Shown: positions 12,600-26,000, counted from the whole stretch's first letter. The stretch: 61,681 bases of DNA, filler included, from Choristocarpus tenellus KU-1152 (GCA_964200185.2; 10 parts of 10 records of this genome joined end to end with filler, not necessarily neighbours in it), one strand, 5' to 3'. Notes: a model not told the origin generated them from the letters alone. Made by a program: numbers and translations.

Positions 12600-13620
12600 G
12601 GCCAGAAGAGGTAAGACTTCACCGCCCCAAAGATTCTTTGATCTTCGGAACACAATCTGGGTTTTGATGGAACCCCCGACATCTTGTTCTTGTGCCTACA
12701 CACAAACATCGCTACCCTCCTTGGCTGCCGCAACCAACAGGAGAACCAATGATACCCGCTTCCCAAGGGCCAGCGAGATCTTTATGGTCTTACACAAGGA
12801 CCTGGAGACTCCCACCAGAAACTGCACTACATGGGATTGCGATCATGTTGTCACTTCCCGTGCGATTGTCCTCTACGACCCGTCAACACAAAGGTGGGTT
12901 GTCCCCGTGGTGCTACTACCTCAACAGTCCACCAAACATTTATTTTCCTTGACGGAGGAAGGGGGGTGGGGCAAAGAAGGTCAGGATGGTGTTTCTGCTA
13001 CTGCTACAGTTGCGGAGGGTGGGGATTCTCTTCATGAGAATCCGGAGAACCTAGTTGTAGGCGCACAAGAAGAGCTGCCTGCAATGTTTTATACACCCCT
13101 ATTGTTGTACTGGACCTACGGCTATCTCAATGCCATCTCATTCCATCCCTCGTGTACTGTTCTCCTCTTTCTCTTTTGCTCCCTGTGTTTTTCCACTAAC
13201 ACCAGAACATACACAGGATAGGACTACAGATATCAAGGCGTTCCTTACTTCTTCGCAAGTCCACGAAATCCTCTCGTCGTATGTCTCGTCCTAGTAGTTG
13301 GCAAATAGGCACTCTCCCACCAAGTACAAGATCGATGTTTAGTCCAGAGTAGGGTGGTGTGAGACTCTATTTCATTCTATACCTTGGACCGTCGTAAGGC
13401 TTGCCTCGTAAAGGGTACCTTTTACCTCCATGTCATGAGTCGAGGTAACGAGAGGCATCTAGAATTGATTTTTAGGATGGTGACTAATCCGTTCAAAATC
13501 TGTATTTTTTTCACAAATATATATAGGATATTTTTTAATTGTGTCGGAAGAGTTTCGAACAATAGAGAAGTAAACGCTCTCAAGGCAAACGTAGAACTTC
13601 TTCACCCATAGAAATACGGG
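12600..13620 (+). mobile_element. Highly degraded Ty1/copia integrase-RT remnant (boundaries approximate)
   Basis: Fragments across frames resemble copia motifs in the right order: PPWLPQPTG..ARSLW (P..PQ.NG..aR), GGLSPWCYYLNSPPNI (TPyE..g.kP), RRKACLVKG (KARLVakG), ERHLELIFRMVTNPF..IY (l.qmDv.nAF..IY). Confidence 0.4.
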
Positions 13621-14096
13621 TGGATCACAAAAGATTGAAAAACAGACTAAGACGCAAATCGACCAGAACCTGGGTACCTCTCGTTTGCTTTGGCTCCATC
13701 CTGTCCAATGATCACCCAATTTATTTGAAGCATTGCACTCATTAGAGATGGGGGATGGGGTTCTACAATTACAGTACAGGAAAGATATTGTCTTGGTGAT
13801 ATTGTTTTGGTTGGATTAGTGAAGGCGTGTGTAAATGAGGTGTATCGAATAAGGAGATGGTGGTTCAGGATACACAATTGGCACCCACACCACATGATAT
13901 CATATCAAGTAGTCAAGGGCTCTGTGTGGAACAAGAGACAAAATGTCTTAGCCTCCTATGAGGAAATGACTTGGTGATGTAAGATAAGCATGCATGCGAA
14001 ACTCCGAAATGGAGAAGGGGCTAGGTGTTTACAAAGTGCTTCACTCTGCACCTTCATTTGAAAAAATGTCAAGATCTCTACGGTGCAGTAAAAGAT

Positions 14097-14355
14097 GAGC
14101 CAAAATATCTGAGAGGGTAGAGCTGCGTTCATTTGGAGGCCAAAATCCAATGTTTCGATTTTGATATAATTTTGGCTATCGTGTTTGTTAGGAAGTGTCA
14201 ATTTCCATGTTCCGGACACACCTTTTCATAACATATACATTTTACTACTCCTAAACATCTTGGAGTAGGTAATATGTCATGAAAAAACCCATGGGAAGCC
14301 AAGTCCCAAATGGACAAACAGGGCAAAACTCATACCCTCTAAGACACTTCCACTC
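14097..14355 (+). mobile_element. MITE family B, full-length copy (~260 bp)
   Basis: Imperfect TIRs GAGCCAAAATATCTGAGAGGGTA..TACCCTCTAAGACACTTCCACTC. The interior aligns with 22530-22795 and, reversed, with 44971-45218. Confidence 0.8.
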
Positions 14356-14767
14356 TTATGTGAAACCAATTTGGGGCTGTAGGGTCGATGGTTGTGCCAT
14401 AAATTTCGACTGTGACTGAGCAGAGGGGTTGTTAGGTCGATTGACAATCTGATGTTAGCAATCACTAAAAAAATGTTGGGTGCAAGAGATGTGATTGGAG
14501 GGAGGGGGAAGAGGTTGGTACATGTATGGTATGTTTTCAAAATGGTTCTGTGTGTTGGGCATCTCATTTCTCAACTCAGCAACATTGATGTGGAAGAACA
14601 TGCAATGGCTGAGGGATCAAATCAATTTTGTTGTTGATATGTAGGGTGTCCTTCATTTCTCGTCTTTACCAGCTTTCTCCACACCATGCTCATCTTACCC
14701 TGATATTTATTGGTTCACGGTGTTGTCATAGGTTGGTGAGCTCAGAGGACAAACTGAAGAAAGTGGA

Positions 14768-14867
14768 NNNNNNNNNNNNNNNNNNNNNNNNNNNNNNNNN
14801 NNNNNNNNNNNTTAATTAATTAANNNNNNNNNNNNNNNNNNNNNNNNNNNNNNNNNNNNNNNNNNNN
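14768..14867. other. Artificial contig spacer
   Basis: 44 N + TTAATTAATTAA + 44 N. Confidence 0.97.
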
Positions 14868-17401
14868 GTTCCAAGGTCGCCGCTACCACGGCCACCACCA
14901 CGTGATGAGGTGCACCAGCTGGAAGGGGGGGTGGCAGACGCTAACATACAACACCACAGGCATGCCATACGAGTACCTGAGTGGCACAACACCATGCGAG
15001 CACCTGACCAGCAAGCCATTCAACTAGAAACGGCTCCCTGTCTTCGGGACGGAGTGGAGTGCTTGGTGCATCAGACCAAGCAACAGCGCGGCGTCAACGC
15101 CAAGTTCCCCACCAACGGGACGTCACCGTGCTGGCATGTGTGGATCCCGCAGTAAGGTAAGCTGGTGAGCTCCGCAAAAGTGAAGTTCCAACCTGAAGCC
15201 AAACTGCTGGAACTGGTGGGGGAGCCAGAGCTGCACATATTGGGGGAGTCGGAGCACGACGATGACATGAACATCGATGACGAAGGTGAAGAGGAGGCGT
15301 CCACAACAGGGAGTGAGGCACACACGGCTGGGCATACGGGTTGAAACATTAGGTGTGGGGCTCAAGATGCAAAGTGCTCAGCACCCCATCAAAGTCAACA
15401 GATTTCTCCCAGGATGAGACAATACCAGCGCATGGATAGGGCCGCACAAATAGGGGCCAAGCACCTGGCCCCACACTCTAGACAATGGGCATCTTCCCAG
15501 CTGGAGCAGCACCAGCGGGTGGACTACACATCCCAGCTGTACGACCTGGAGGAGGGTGAAGACAGCATATGAACTGCTTCATGTTAACCCTCATACAGCA
15601 GAACAACGACGACGTATACTGCCTTATGGGTCTCATGGGGGAAGTGGCAACAAGTGCGCAGACGAGCCGTCTACAACAAAGGAGGCCTTGAGTGGGCCGG
15701 ATGCAGAGCAGTGGCAGGAAGGACATGGAGAAGGAAATGACAGGGCTATGACAGAAGGGGACGTTTGGTGACGAGGCCCTGCCCCAAGGGAGGAGGAAGG
15801 CAATCAAGACGTCATTCGTCTTCAAAATCAAGCGCTCTGCAGACTGGACGGTGGAACGCTATAAGGTGGTGCGACTCTGGCCCGCGGCTTCACACAAAAC
15901 GCAGGCGTGGACTTGTTCGAAACCTTCAGCCCGGTGGCGGGGTACGACACACCACGGTGCATCATATCCGTCGCAGCGTACAGAGGTTGGAGCATCGACG
16001 CCCTGGACTTCACACAGGCCTACCTCAACGCAGACCTGCAGGAGGACGTCTGACTGGAGCTTCCAGACGGCCGCACCGTCAAGGCAGAGAAGGCAATCTA
16101 TGGGCTGAAGCAGTCAACCATGGAGTCCTATCACGAGCTATGCGGCACCATCCTGGGAGAGGGTTCGACGAGCAGCCAACACGACGAACTGCCTTTACTT
16201 CATTCAGGAAGAGTGAAGACGGATGCATCGCCATCCTTACCATCTATGTGGACGACACTGCCACCACTGGGGACTTCACAGAGGAGATCCAGAGGATGAG
16301 GGCATCGACGCTGGAGAAGTACGAGAAGTAGGTCCTTGGCACGCCGGACAAGCTGATTGGAGTGGGCATCACTGTGGGTGCGAACGGCGTCACCCTGGAC
16401 CAACAGCTATACGCCGAAAGCATTGTCATGGCCGGGATGGACTCCACGGAAGTGCGAGAAACATCCACACCACTCGACCCCGGCATGGACCTCTCTGCCA
16501 GGCACAACAACGAGGAAGAACTGAATCCCACCGTCTACCCCAAGCCAGCATCCTCGGCCAACTCATGTTTCTAGCAGGCATGACTCGCCCGCACTTGGTC
16601 AACAGCGTTGGTGAACTGGGGCGCTGGGCGGCGTCTCCATGCATGCAGCACTGGCGCAGACTGCAACACGTTCTGCGCTATGTACCAGGGACACAGGACG
16701 TCTACATTCACTATGGTCGGGGGAGTTAGGATATGAACGAAGAGGACGGAGAGCTGTTGGTGGGGTATGGTGATTCCGACTGGGGCACCGACTCCCAAAC
16801 ACGCAGGAGTGCCACAGGTTACCTAGTATTGTTCAACGGATCGCCGATCGCCTGGCGATCCAAGCTTCAAGGCACCGTCACCCTCTCTAGTTCGGACGCA
16901 GAGTGGACGGCAATGGCATATGGCATGCGCCACTGCCTTTTCCTTTAAGGCATTCTTGGGGAGATCGGCATACTACAGGACCAGATTCCCTGGTTCTGTG
17001 ACAACCGTGGTGCTATCCAGGCGGGCAGAATCACAGGATTCAACGGGAGAACCAAGCGCGTGGATATGAAGCTAAAGTGCACCAGAGAATACGTGGGCGA
17101 GGGTCTATTCCACGTAGAATACGTTCCAATATCAAAATAACTAGCCGACATTTTGACCAAGTCTTTGTGCAAGAGCCTTCTGATTTTGTGCATTCCGTGC
17201 TTTCGCGCCGGGGGTGAGCTTTTGTCAGCAACTTTGCTGCACGCTCATGGAGAGTGTGCAGTATAGGCTGGTAGTCTTTAGGTTTCTTATCTGTTTGGTA
17301 ACCAGTACCATGTATCATAAGTGTTGACTGAGTGGCTTAGTTGTCACTGATTTATTTTATTTTTTTACTCTATTCGAACAGCTCTTTTTGCATAACTGAC
17401 A
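14868..17401 (+). mobile_element. Ty1/copia LTR retrotransposon, 3' half (disrupted RT-RNase H plus 3' LTR)
   Basis: Ordered motifs: DEPSTTKEALSGPDAEQW, FVFKIKR..ERYK, ALDFTQAYLNADL, AIYGLKQS, IYVDD, GYGDSDWG..RRSATGY, SSSDAEW, CDNRGAI, RTKRVDMK, LADILTKSL. Several stops and frameshifts. A G-rich tract at ~17210 precedes the LTR. Confidence 0.93.
17223..17401 (+). repeat. 3' LTR of the copia element (179 bp)
   Basis: Begins TGTCAG and ends CTGACA (6-bp inverted termini, TG..CA), just downstream of the RNase H end and the G-rich tract. Confidence 0.75.
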
Positions 17402-17471
17402 CAGACACGTTCTGACGTGTCTTCTGACGTGCGCAATAGATAATGAGGCAGAGCACCCCCCCACCTCGAGG

Positions 17472-17571
17472 NNNNNNNNNNNNNNNNNNNNNNNNNNNNN
17501 NNNNNNNNNNNNNNNTTAATTAATTAANNNNNNNNNNNNNNNNNNNNNNNNNNNNNNNNNNNNNNNNNNNN
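17472..17571. other. Artificial contig spacer
   Basis: 44 N + TTAATTAATTAA + 44 N. Confidence 0.97.
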
Positions 17572-18622
17572 ACCCTTGCCTGAGTGAACCATGCCGCCAC
17601 AGAATCACACGATTCACATTGGCGACACCAGTGAGATTCAAACTCACGCACGGGAAGCACACAAACTTAGCAAGCTTATGAAATGATGACATTCTTCTTT
17701 GGGGTTCGATGAACCTTGTTTGGAAATACATTTCACATTTGGCTACAGCAACATCAGCTAGTGGGTGATAGGGGTACAACAGAGGGACCAGTGAAGTATG
17801 AAGGGGTAGGAATGTGAACCGGGGATGGAACTGGTTGTGTGTGCTCAAGATACCACCAGTGGTGACGGGTGCAGATACCCGTGCATTTTGAGCGAGGGGG
17901 CAACTGTGCGGGACCACCATTCTTTGGGAAATATCCCGAACAGTTGATATGAATCTCACGCATTCTAACTGGACCTGTCCAGTGTTACTAGCGACCTCAA
18001 CTGGACTAGGACATGGGCAGGTCCTGGTGAATGATTTTCAGAGTACTATAATTAATCCCACTCGTTCCTGTAGCCTGGCTGGAGACTATCCTAGCCAGTG
18101 GTTGGAGATGCGGTACAGACTGTACTTATTTTCGTACTATAAATACAATTACTTGCACCGTCTCTATTGCTTGTTTCTGGAGTGTTGGGTTCAGCCATTC
18201 CATCATATCTACCCTGACTTTCTCCCCCCTTAAATTTTGTGCTGGACCAGTGACGTCAGTCCCAGGTGGCAATGAAGCCTTGCCACCTTGTTTTGGGTTT
18301 CCCACGTTCTTGCGGTATAACAACAGGATAGGACAGGATAGACACATCCACAGTCAGAGTAATGGTTTCCAGAACTAGACTTCAGTAAAAACAAGATTTC
18401 TGTGAAGAGGAGTGTGGAGTCGGACAGGTTTGTAAATTAGAATTCGTTGTGGGAACACTACCATAAATACTTCTTCCAATAACCAATGACATAGAAAAAC
18501 AGAAAATGTTATGTACTCTTGTGGACTAATTTTAAGAGACCTGGTTTAGGGTGAGAATTTTTAAATTAATATACCTTTTTCATATGTGTACAGAAAAAGT
18601 CAAACCTTTATCTCAACCACCT

Positions 18623-18696
18623 TCCAAAAACAACCGTTGGTAATGTAAAGATAACTCCAAAAACAACCGTCGGTAATGTAAAGATATCTCCAAAAA
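18623..18696 (+). repeat. 33-bp tandem duplication
   Basis: TCCAAAAACAACCGTYGGTAATGTAAAGATAWC x2 plus a partial third unit. Confidence 0.9.
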
Positions 18697-18919
18697 TTAT
18701 TTACTATTTGAATAGCATGTAGGTATACAAAAAAAATGCTTCCTTGAAGGTTGGTAATGACAATATAATTGCTTACGAAAACAAGAAAAAGGTGTTCAGT
18801 CTTAAGGACGACAATATTTTCGACTCTACTATGATTCAACAGGCGTGATACCTGATCCTTGTTAGGGTTGAGACCTTGGTCCTTGAGAACCCCGTTTCGC
18901 TCCCTGGTCGACAAGGCCA

Positions 18920-21900
18920 ATGTCGTTCCCCTCTGTGTTGGTCGACCGTTGCAATGTCGAGGACCTCCACACTCCTTCCCAGAAGCTGAATGGCAAAAAG
19001 AGATGGCGAAAGGTGCTGTGAGAGATTGTAACTCGATGTGCAAGGTCTCATGTGCGTCCAGTGTACCTACTCACTTGTCCATTTCCCCTTAACATATGAT
19101 TTCAGGGAACCTACTTAGCTCTATGCAACTGCATGAATCAACCCCAACTGCAACTTTGCTGCTTTCGTATTTAGGTGTTCTTATTGATTCCAACCACAAT
19201 ATGCCAATATATGTATGTATTTACTGAGTTCCATTACGTCTCCATTGCACCTTGGCGACATGGAAAGGTGTCAGTGGTAATATCATCTATCTCAGCATTT
19301 AAGCAGGCGGGGCGCTCTGCTTCCCTTGGGAGGAGTTCCGACTCTTTCTCAGCATTTAGGAAGAGTGATGACGTTCCCATTTCGTCCTCACTCGAAGGGA
19401 AAGGTGTCGGTGCCGACACTCCCAAAGTAGTCGCCAGCTCAAAGCACTGGCGAAAGTTGAGGGCTGCGGTGGTAGCCTTGGCGGCCTTTCGGAGTAAATC
19501 GGTGGGTGCAGATGTTAGCTTTGTTCGTTGCTGCTATACTGGGGGCATCGTGGGGGGCGGGTGGTGAGACATTCTTTCATATTGTGGTTACTGGATGGAC
19601 GAAGGGGTGCTTTGGAGATCTGAGACGGAAAAGGGTGCTGTAAGCGGTTCTATGACTTAGGTGGACTACGTAATTGTTGTAGTTCGATATTACCGTTGTC
19701 CTCAGTCCCGCTGTCACCCATCAAATCACTCTTTCGATGGTGAAACCTTAATGTGTCTCTCATTGTTCTTACAACCCTTATCCGAAAGATCATCTTCATG
19801 TTTAGTGCGCTTGTATGTGATTTGGTTCCAGAGTTGGGGGGTAGGTAAAATTATCTGCTTCGCTGACTGCAGCATCTGCTGACCATTACACCTCTTACCT
19901 TCTCGGCCTACAGGTGACTGCGGCAGACTTTGAGCGCGTGCGATTGTGTGGGGAAGGGGGCTCTGGCTTGGTGTACTTAGTGAAACTTAAGAATAGCACC
20001 ATGTACTACGCACTGAAGGTGGGTTGAAATATGCTAAATATCTGGTCCTTGTACTCTGTCTATTTTCCTCGTGATGGTACCTTGCTACAAGGGAGTGCAA
20101 CTATCCATGACGGAGTTGCAATGTATATATTCAATGACCCTCGTGTTTCGAATGAGAAAAAATCATAATAATACATGTAAGCCTACACCCATGAATGTCA
20201 GCATCACACAACGAGATAGAAGAGAGCTTGCCTCAATCATTGTTTTTGCTTTCTGTCAAGAGTTTGTCTTTGACAACCTTGAAGATATATTTGAATGGAC
20301 TTCAGCATTGCACTTGGAAATAACTCTGGTCAAGGAAGAATTTGGGGTCATACACTAAGTTGATCTTCTGGTGTACTTATCCAAGTATCAGTCCATCTAA
20401 ACTCTCCTTACTTGCAAACACAAGTGGTGTCTTGTTTGCATTACATCACTGTACCTTGTAATCTCCCTCAGAACAGATCACACCTCAGAAAACACAACAC
20501 TTGTATACCACAACTTGATATTTTAACATTGGTTGTTGCAGTATTCCTGGACGACAAGGACATATTCACTGAGTCTGACTTGGAAGCAAGAATGGCCAAA
20601 ACATGTCGGTCAAGGTAGTCCATTACCATGAAGCACCACGGAAGGGTTTGTCGACAAGCCGCTGCGGGAATGACCCCTGATCCCTCGTATCCCTTCTTCA
20701 TGCTCTCAAAGCCTTGAAAAGTCTCCCTGTGTTCGGACTTGGAGCACTGCTAGGTGCACTCAATACTGTACAAGTCTTACGTATTTTTGCTCATCCTGAT
20801 TGTCGTGGTTGGGGGGTGTCAATTAGACTGTTTCTCAGAACATCACTCTGCCCTTCCCACACACCATGCCTGTCTACTGCTGCAAAACATTGCTCTTGGT
20901 TTAGGTGCAACGTAAGAAGGACATGCTTGCCAAAGCTAGGAGAGTCCGACGTGCTCTGATAGAGAGGGAAGTCCTTGTGACTTGTGCGCATACATTTGTT
21001 TGCAACCTGTACGTTGCCTTCCAGGTGTGTAACGCCTTACCGTACTTGACAAAACCCTAGCCAGTGCATCGTCGAAGTGTTCCTTGATGGCATGACCTCT
21101 CCAGTTTTTATTGTGATGTGGATACAATTTTTGCTTTTGTGTATTATTTACACTCTCCTGATGTCTTTCCTACTTCACTAGCCCACTAGCCACATGCAAG
21201 GTTCGCCTCTGTGATCTGGACATGAAAATATGAGGCAATATCAAGCAAGTTGGGGTGGGATGAAATTTGCGCATGGTTAGTATTGTAGTTACATGTAATA
21301 TTGTAGTTACATGTATGCGGCATTACGTGTTTTGACGTTTCTTTTACCAGGGACACTCCTGATGCTTTGATGTTTCACTCTCAGAGTTGACAGAATATGA
21401 AAGGTTTGATGCATAGAGCTTGCAACAGATGTTTTTATCCCCTTTTTTGAATGGCCTAATCTCAGCCCAATTATCAAGACACACCAATTATGTGTGGGTG
21501 GCGAGCTTGTTGAAGGTTTGTCGTTGGAACAGGTTTCGCCTCTGTTGACTGTGGTTTGTCAAGGGCTAAAGATAGATAGACCTTCTGTAAGGCAGAGGGT
21601 TGATGCACTTGGGTTTCATGGTGTGAGAACGAAAGGCCTGTCACATACGGTGGCAGTTTCAAACACTATCTCATTTGTGGTTCTAAAAAAATGAATTTCA
21701 GTCACAAAATTGCAGCACCATTGCTTACTTAATTTCGAGCATAGCGAAATTGATGATCTGCAGGGTCATGTTGGTGTTCATATAGGACGTACCCATTGAT
21801 TGTTCTCTTTCATTTTGTTGTGTCCTGTCAGCTGTCTTATGGTCGGTCCCCCTATGGATAGTTGATCGTGGCCTTCATCGTCATCCTTGAGCAATACCAG

Positions 21901-22073
21901 ATAACATGTGATTAGAACACCCCTGCCCTGATCCTGAATATCACTGTCAATGATAACCACTGTGCACTCCTGTTTTGATGTTTATGGTAATTGCTTCGGT
22001 GGCAAAAGGACACGAAGCACCTCTACATGGTGATGGAGTATTGTGCTGGAGGAGACATGGCCACCCTGGTTTC
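18920..22073 (+). CDS. AGC-family Ser/Thr protein kinase, N-terminal part (3' truncated by contig end)
   Basis: Exons 18920-19012, 19268-19501, 19914-20018, 20905-21024, 22009-22073. Spliced: ..VTAADFERVRLCGEGGSGLVYLVKLKNSTMYYALK|VQRKKDMLAKARRVRRALIEREVLVTCAHTFVCNLYVAFQ|DTKHLYMVMEYCAGGDM, i.e. subdomains I-V with AGC-typical wording. The first two exons are less certain; the ATG at 18920 has in-frame upstream stops. Confidence 0.88.
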
Positions 22074-22081
22074 GTGAGTGT

Positions 22082-22181
22082 NNNNNNNNNNNNNNNNNNN
22101 NNNNNNNNNNNNNNNNNNNNNNNNNTTAATTAATTAANNNNNNNNNNNNNNNNNNNNNNNNNNNNNNNNNNNNNNNNNNNN
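22082..22181. other. Artificial contig spacer
   Basis: 44 N + TTAATTAATTAA + 44 N. Confidence 0.97.
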
Positions 22182-22529
22182 GGGGGGGGGGGGGGGGGGG
22201 GGGGGCAGACTCAGTGGTTATGTTGGTATTGACTGAGCAGAAAAGCAACAAGATTCCCCCACACAAGCCCCCAAACAAGGCACAAAGACCAATCCAAATT
22301 ATAGTTTGAAGTGCGATACATAAGATGCTCATCAATACATCTACTTCAATCTAGAAATTGAGAAACATCAAGCAAGCAGTGATCTCAGTAATCAAACCCC
22401 CTTGGTAGTCGCCATGCTCCTATCCTCAAGGTGTCTTCCACATGCTACTGAAAAAAAGAACTTGCAATCACCATTACAATTCGTTATGACATGGTACTAT
22501 TACAATCAGCACACCGCATAGAAGTACTC

Positions 22530-22795
22530 GAGTCAAATTATATTAGAGGGTAGAGCCGCGTCCATTTGGGGACCAAAATCCGATGTTGTAATGTTGATGT
22601 AATTTTGGCTTTCATGTCTGTTAGGAGATGCCAATATCCTTGTTCCGGACACACCCGTTTTCATAACGTATACATTTTACCAACTCCAAATCATTTGGAG
22701 TACGTAAAACGTCATAAAAAAAAAACATGGGAAGCCAAGCCCCAAACAGACATACAGGGTTAAACTCGTACCCTCTAAGTTACTTTCAGTCACTC
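22530..22795 (+). mobile_element. MITE family B, full-length copy
   Basis: GAGTCAAATTATATTAGAGGGTAGAG..GTCCATTTGGGG..TACCCTCTAAGTTACTTTCAGTCACTC; collinear with 14097-14355. Confidence 0.8.
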
Positions 22796-23066
22796 CTAGG
22801 CTCACGCCTGCTGAATAAAAATTAATGGGCAGACAACAAAGCATGCGGCGCTCTACTGCTACAGTATCTAAAACAGCAAAAACAGAAGTACAAAAAATAA
22901 TCCATTCCATGTGAACTTCAAAAATAGACAAGACACATCCTAATCTCCACCTAGGTTCAACTGAAAAAAAAAAAGAGCACAGAAACACAGATAGATAGTC
23001 CAGCACCCCACACACCCTGAATCTAATCCAAAATCCCATCAAGGCTATCAAATACGCGAATCTCAC

Positions 23067-26000
23067 CTATGTGTGTCTAGACCCTCAATGGCCTTGATGC
23101 ACCCGAAGACGCACAGGTCTCCAAGATTCGGGCTCTGCCCTCCCACAAATGGCCCGCTGCCTTCAAGGGCATCCGTCCAGTCCTGAGACCCCAGAAAGGC
23201 ACACAGCGAAATTTTAAAAACGTTAGTTACACATTCAAAAGGTTGCATGCGAGCAACCGTTGAGAAACGAGTGACATCACACGCATACTGATCATCAAGA
23301 GCCTGAGTGGAAGCGCTACATAGGTTTAGGGCTTAGCCAGCTGTAGCAACGGCGAGAGGAAGTGAAGTATAACAAACGCACACTCACACAAACAGCGTTG
23401 AGGTAACAATAAAAAAAGTAATAATACCGTGACGAACGATGCTTCTCTCAACCCCCCCCCCCCCCAAAAAAAAATAAATTAACTAGGCCGGAAGGGCAGA
23501 CGAAAGNNNNNNNNNNCTCACCCCCCCCCCCCCACATTAGGGTAACTTACTTCGGCCTGCTGTCTGGAGGAACGTTCCTGGAGTCTTCTTTAAAAAAACA
23601 AAAAACAAATGCTACCCAGAACAAAGAACAGTAAAGTTTCACAATATTCCCGGCTTTTGGTTCAGTGCCACGTACAGCTGTGCCGTGCTTGGGTAGTGTG
23701 CATCAACTCTTGAAAAAAAAAGATGGCGAAGGGGTTATTGGGGATACTACGTGTTACAGGGCCGGGTCCTTCACTCTCTAATACCTAAAAAAAGAAGAAA
23801 GACAACGAGGTAAAAAAAAAAACAGATTGAGGTGAAGATTGAAGCTGTTTCATCCAGGGGACACTAACCCAACATTTCGACACAAAAAAAATGATTGGTG
23901 GAGACAAATACTAGTGCTCAAAAAAAGGAGAAAATTACTTCATCTGAGAAATTTACTTGATCCGCTGAGCATGACTAGAATAGTTGTGATCATAAGATGA
24001 TGTTTGAATATTTAATAGCATCCCCCACCCCACTCCCGACCTTGAGCGCAACGAACAACGCCTCCCTCTCGTCAACGATGTTGTATTTTTTCTTTATCTT
24101 GCTCTGGGCAGCCCACATGGCCGTGGAGCCTATCAACTGATTGGCCACCTTGTCCAAGAAGCTAAAGCTCTTCACATCCTGTGCCAGCAGGAGGTACACA
24201 GGGAGCGGTGACTAGCGTGAGTATCAGCAAGAATCATGTCGAGATTATTCATACTTCAGACCACTACTTACCTCACAAGAAGGTTAGGGTGGGTAAGGCA
24301 AATGACACGAAAAGTAACCCCTATACCAATAGAATACTCCGGAGTACTTCAAAGTAAACCTGAAGATCACAATTAGCCAGTAGGATGCATTTGTACCATA
24401 CAAATCCACACCAACCTTCCAGTGATACCATGATCTCCCTTCATGGCAGACCAAGACAAGCTCCATTGCACAGGCAGTGTCAAAAGGGCAAGTAGTAGTT
24501 GCATCGAGGTGTGACCTGTCTACGTATCCCAAGACAAAACCCCACCCAACCCACGGTATGCATTACCCTTGGAAGGTAATGACAAAACATGAAATAACAA
24601 GCCCTCTCGCTCGCAGCTGCTGAAGTAAACTATCAACTTTCTTTTGCAAAAAGCAGCACAATGTCATACCCTCACATAACAAGAAGAGGAACTACAACCA
24701 TGACAACTTACTGCATCTACAGTAGCACACTACTACCACAACGCTGAACACACACACACACACACACAGGGAAGATCGACAGCAACAACAACAAAACTAT
24801 TCTGTTTTAATTATTCCTTACAAAACGGGACACAAAAAGCGCTACAGAACAGAACCGGCCTGCAGCACCCACAAAGTTCAACTTTCAAACCCTAACCCTG
24901 AACACTGCAAAAATATCAACAATAACAAAAACATTGGAAAACAAAAAAAAACGAGGGTCAAAGCACCCACAGTTGCGTTTACACCCCCTCCTCCCCCAAA
25001 TGCACTCTGTCACCCTGAAAAACCCAGCAAGGTAGGCACACACACACACACACCTGTATGTAACTGAAGGCCTGATAAGATTCTGAGAAATTTCTGGTGA
25101 TGTTGGGAAAGAGCAGGACAGCCAGCTTCTTGTCTGCCCACTCAGCCCACCTCTGCGCATCTGGAGAACAAAAGGATGCATGTTCTGTGTCTGTCATTGC
25201 ACCAGTCTCCCTCAGGCGATCCAGTAATGCTTGGATGATATCCGATGACTCACGCATGAACTTCCCCTCCATTCTATCAAACGATTCACAACATATACAC
25301 TTTAGCACTTAGCACTTAGCAAAGTTAATTACAGTTGGTGGGCATCCCTCAGGGAGGGAGGGAACAAACGCACAAGACTTCCACCGAACAAAAAAATGCT
25401 ACATCCTTCTCGTGGTCACTCTGATCAAGCTCATATTCCGTTCATTACTGAGGCACGCCAAAGTGGAAGTGGCGGTCAGAAATTTCTAGAGCAAATGTAT
25501 GTTGATGGCACGAAGTGACAGTTACACAATTATTCTATTGGTGTTATGTGTTGCATTTTGCAACGTGTCCCTATCCCTCTTACTCCCATTCTATTATTAC
25601 ATTGTAGTATTATCATGGCGTGGCATTACTGTAATTCAAGGCATGGCACTAGTCATTCTCGCGCACATGGAGTTCCAACACGAGAGGAAAGGGCAATGAG
25701 ATCACGATAATAGCTGGAAAAAGACCTTGTTGAACTTTGTAGATGACTGTTCACTGATGAACAGTGACACATAGTGCAACTAACTCACTTGGGAAATGTG
25801 CACGTGTGTGTTCAGGGGATAACTGTTGAGCAGACTAGAAAATAGCATTGCATTTCACTGGTGGGAATGGTTTAAGGCTGTGTATCGCCCACAGTACAAG
25901 GAATACAATCCGATACAGTTGTATTGCAAACCATTGAAATCTTCATGGTGGCAGTCACTGATTATCCCTTGACTTTAGGCGAGCCTTTTCAAAGAAGCAT

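Noticed and set aside
15650-17200. Programmed frameshifting or stop readthrough in the copia pol
   Set aside because: The many scattered stops and frameshifts are better explained by decay after insertion.
23507-23516. 10-N gap as another contig join
   Set aside because: It has no stop linker and PTGES2 exons continue in order across it, so it is a gap within the scaffold.
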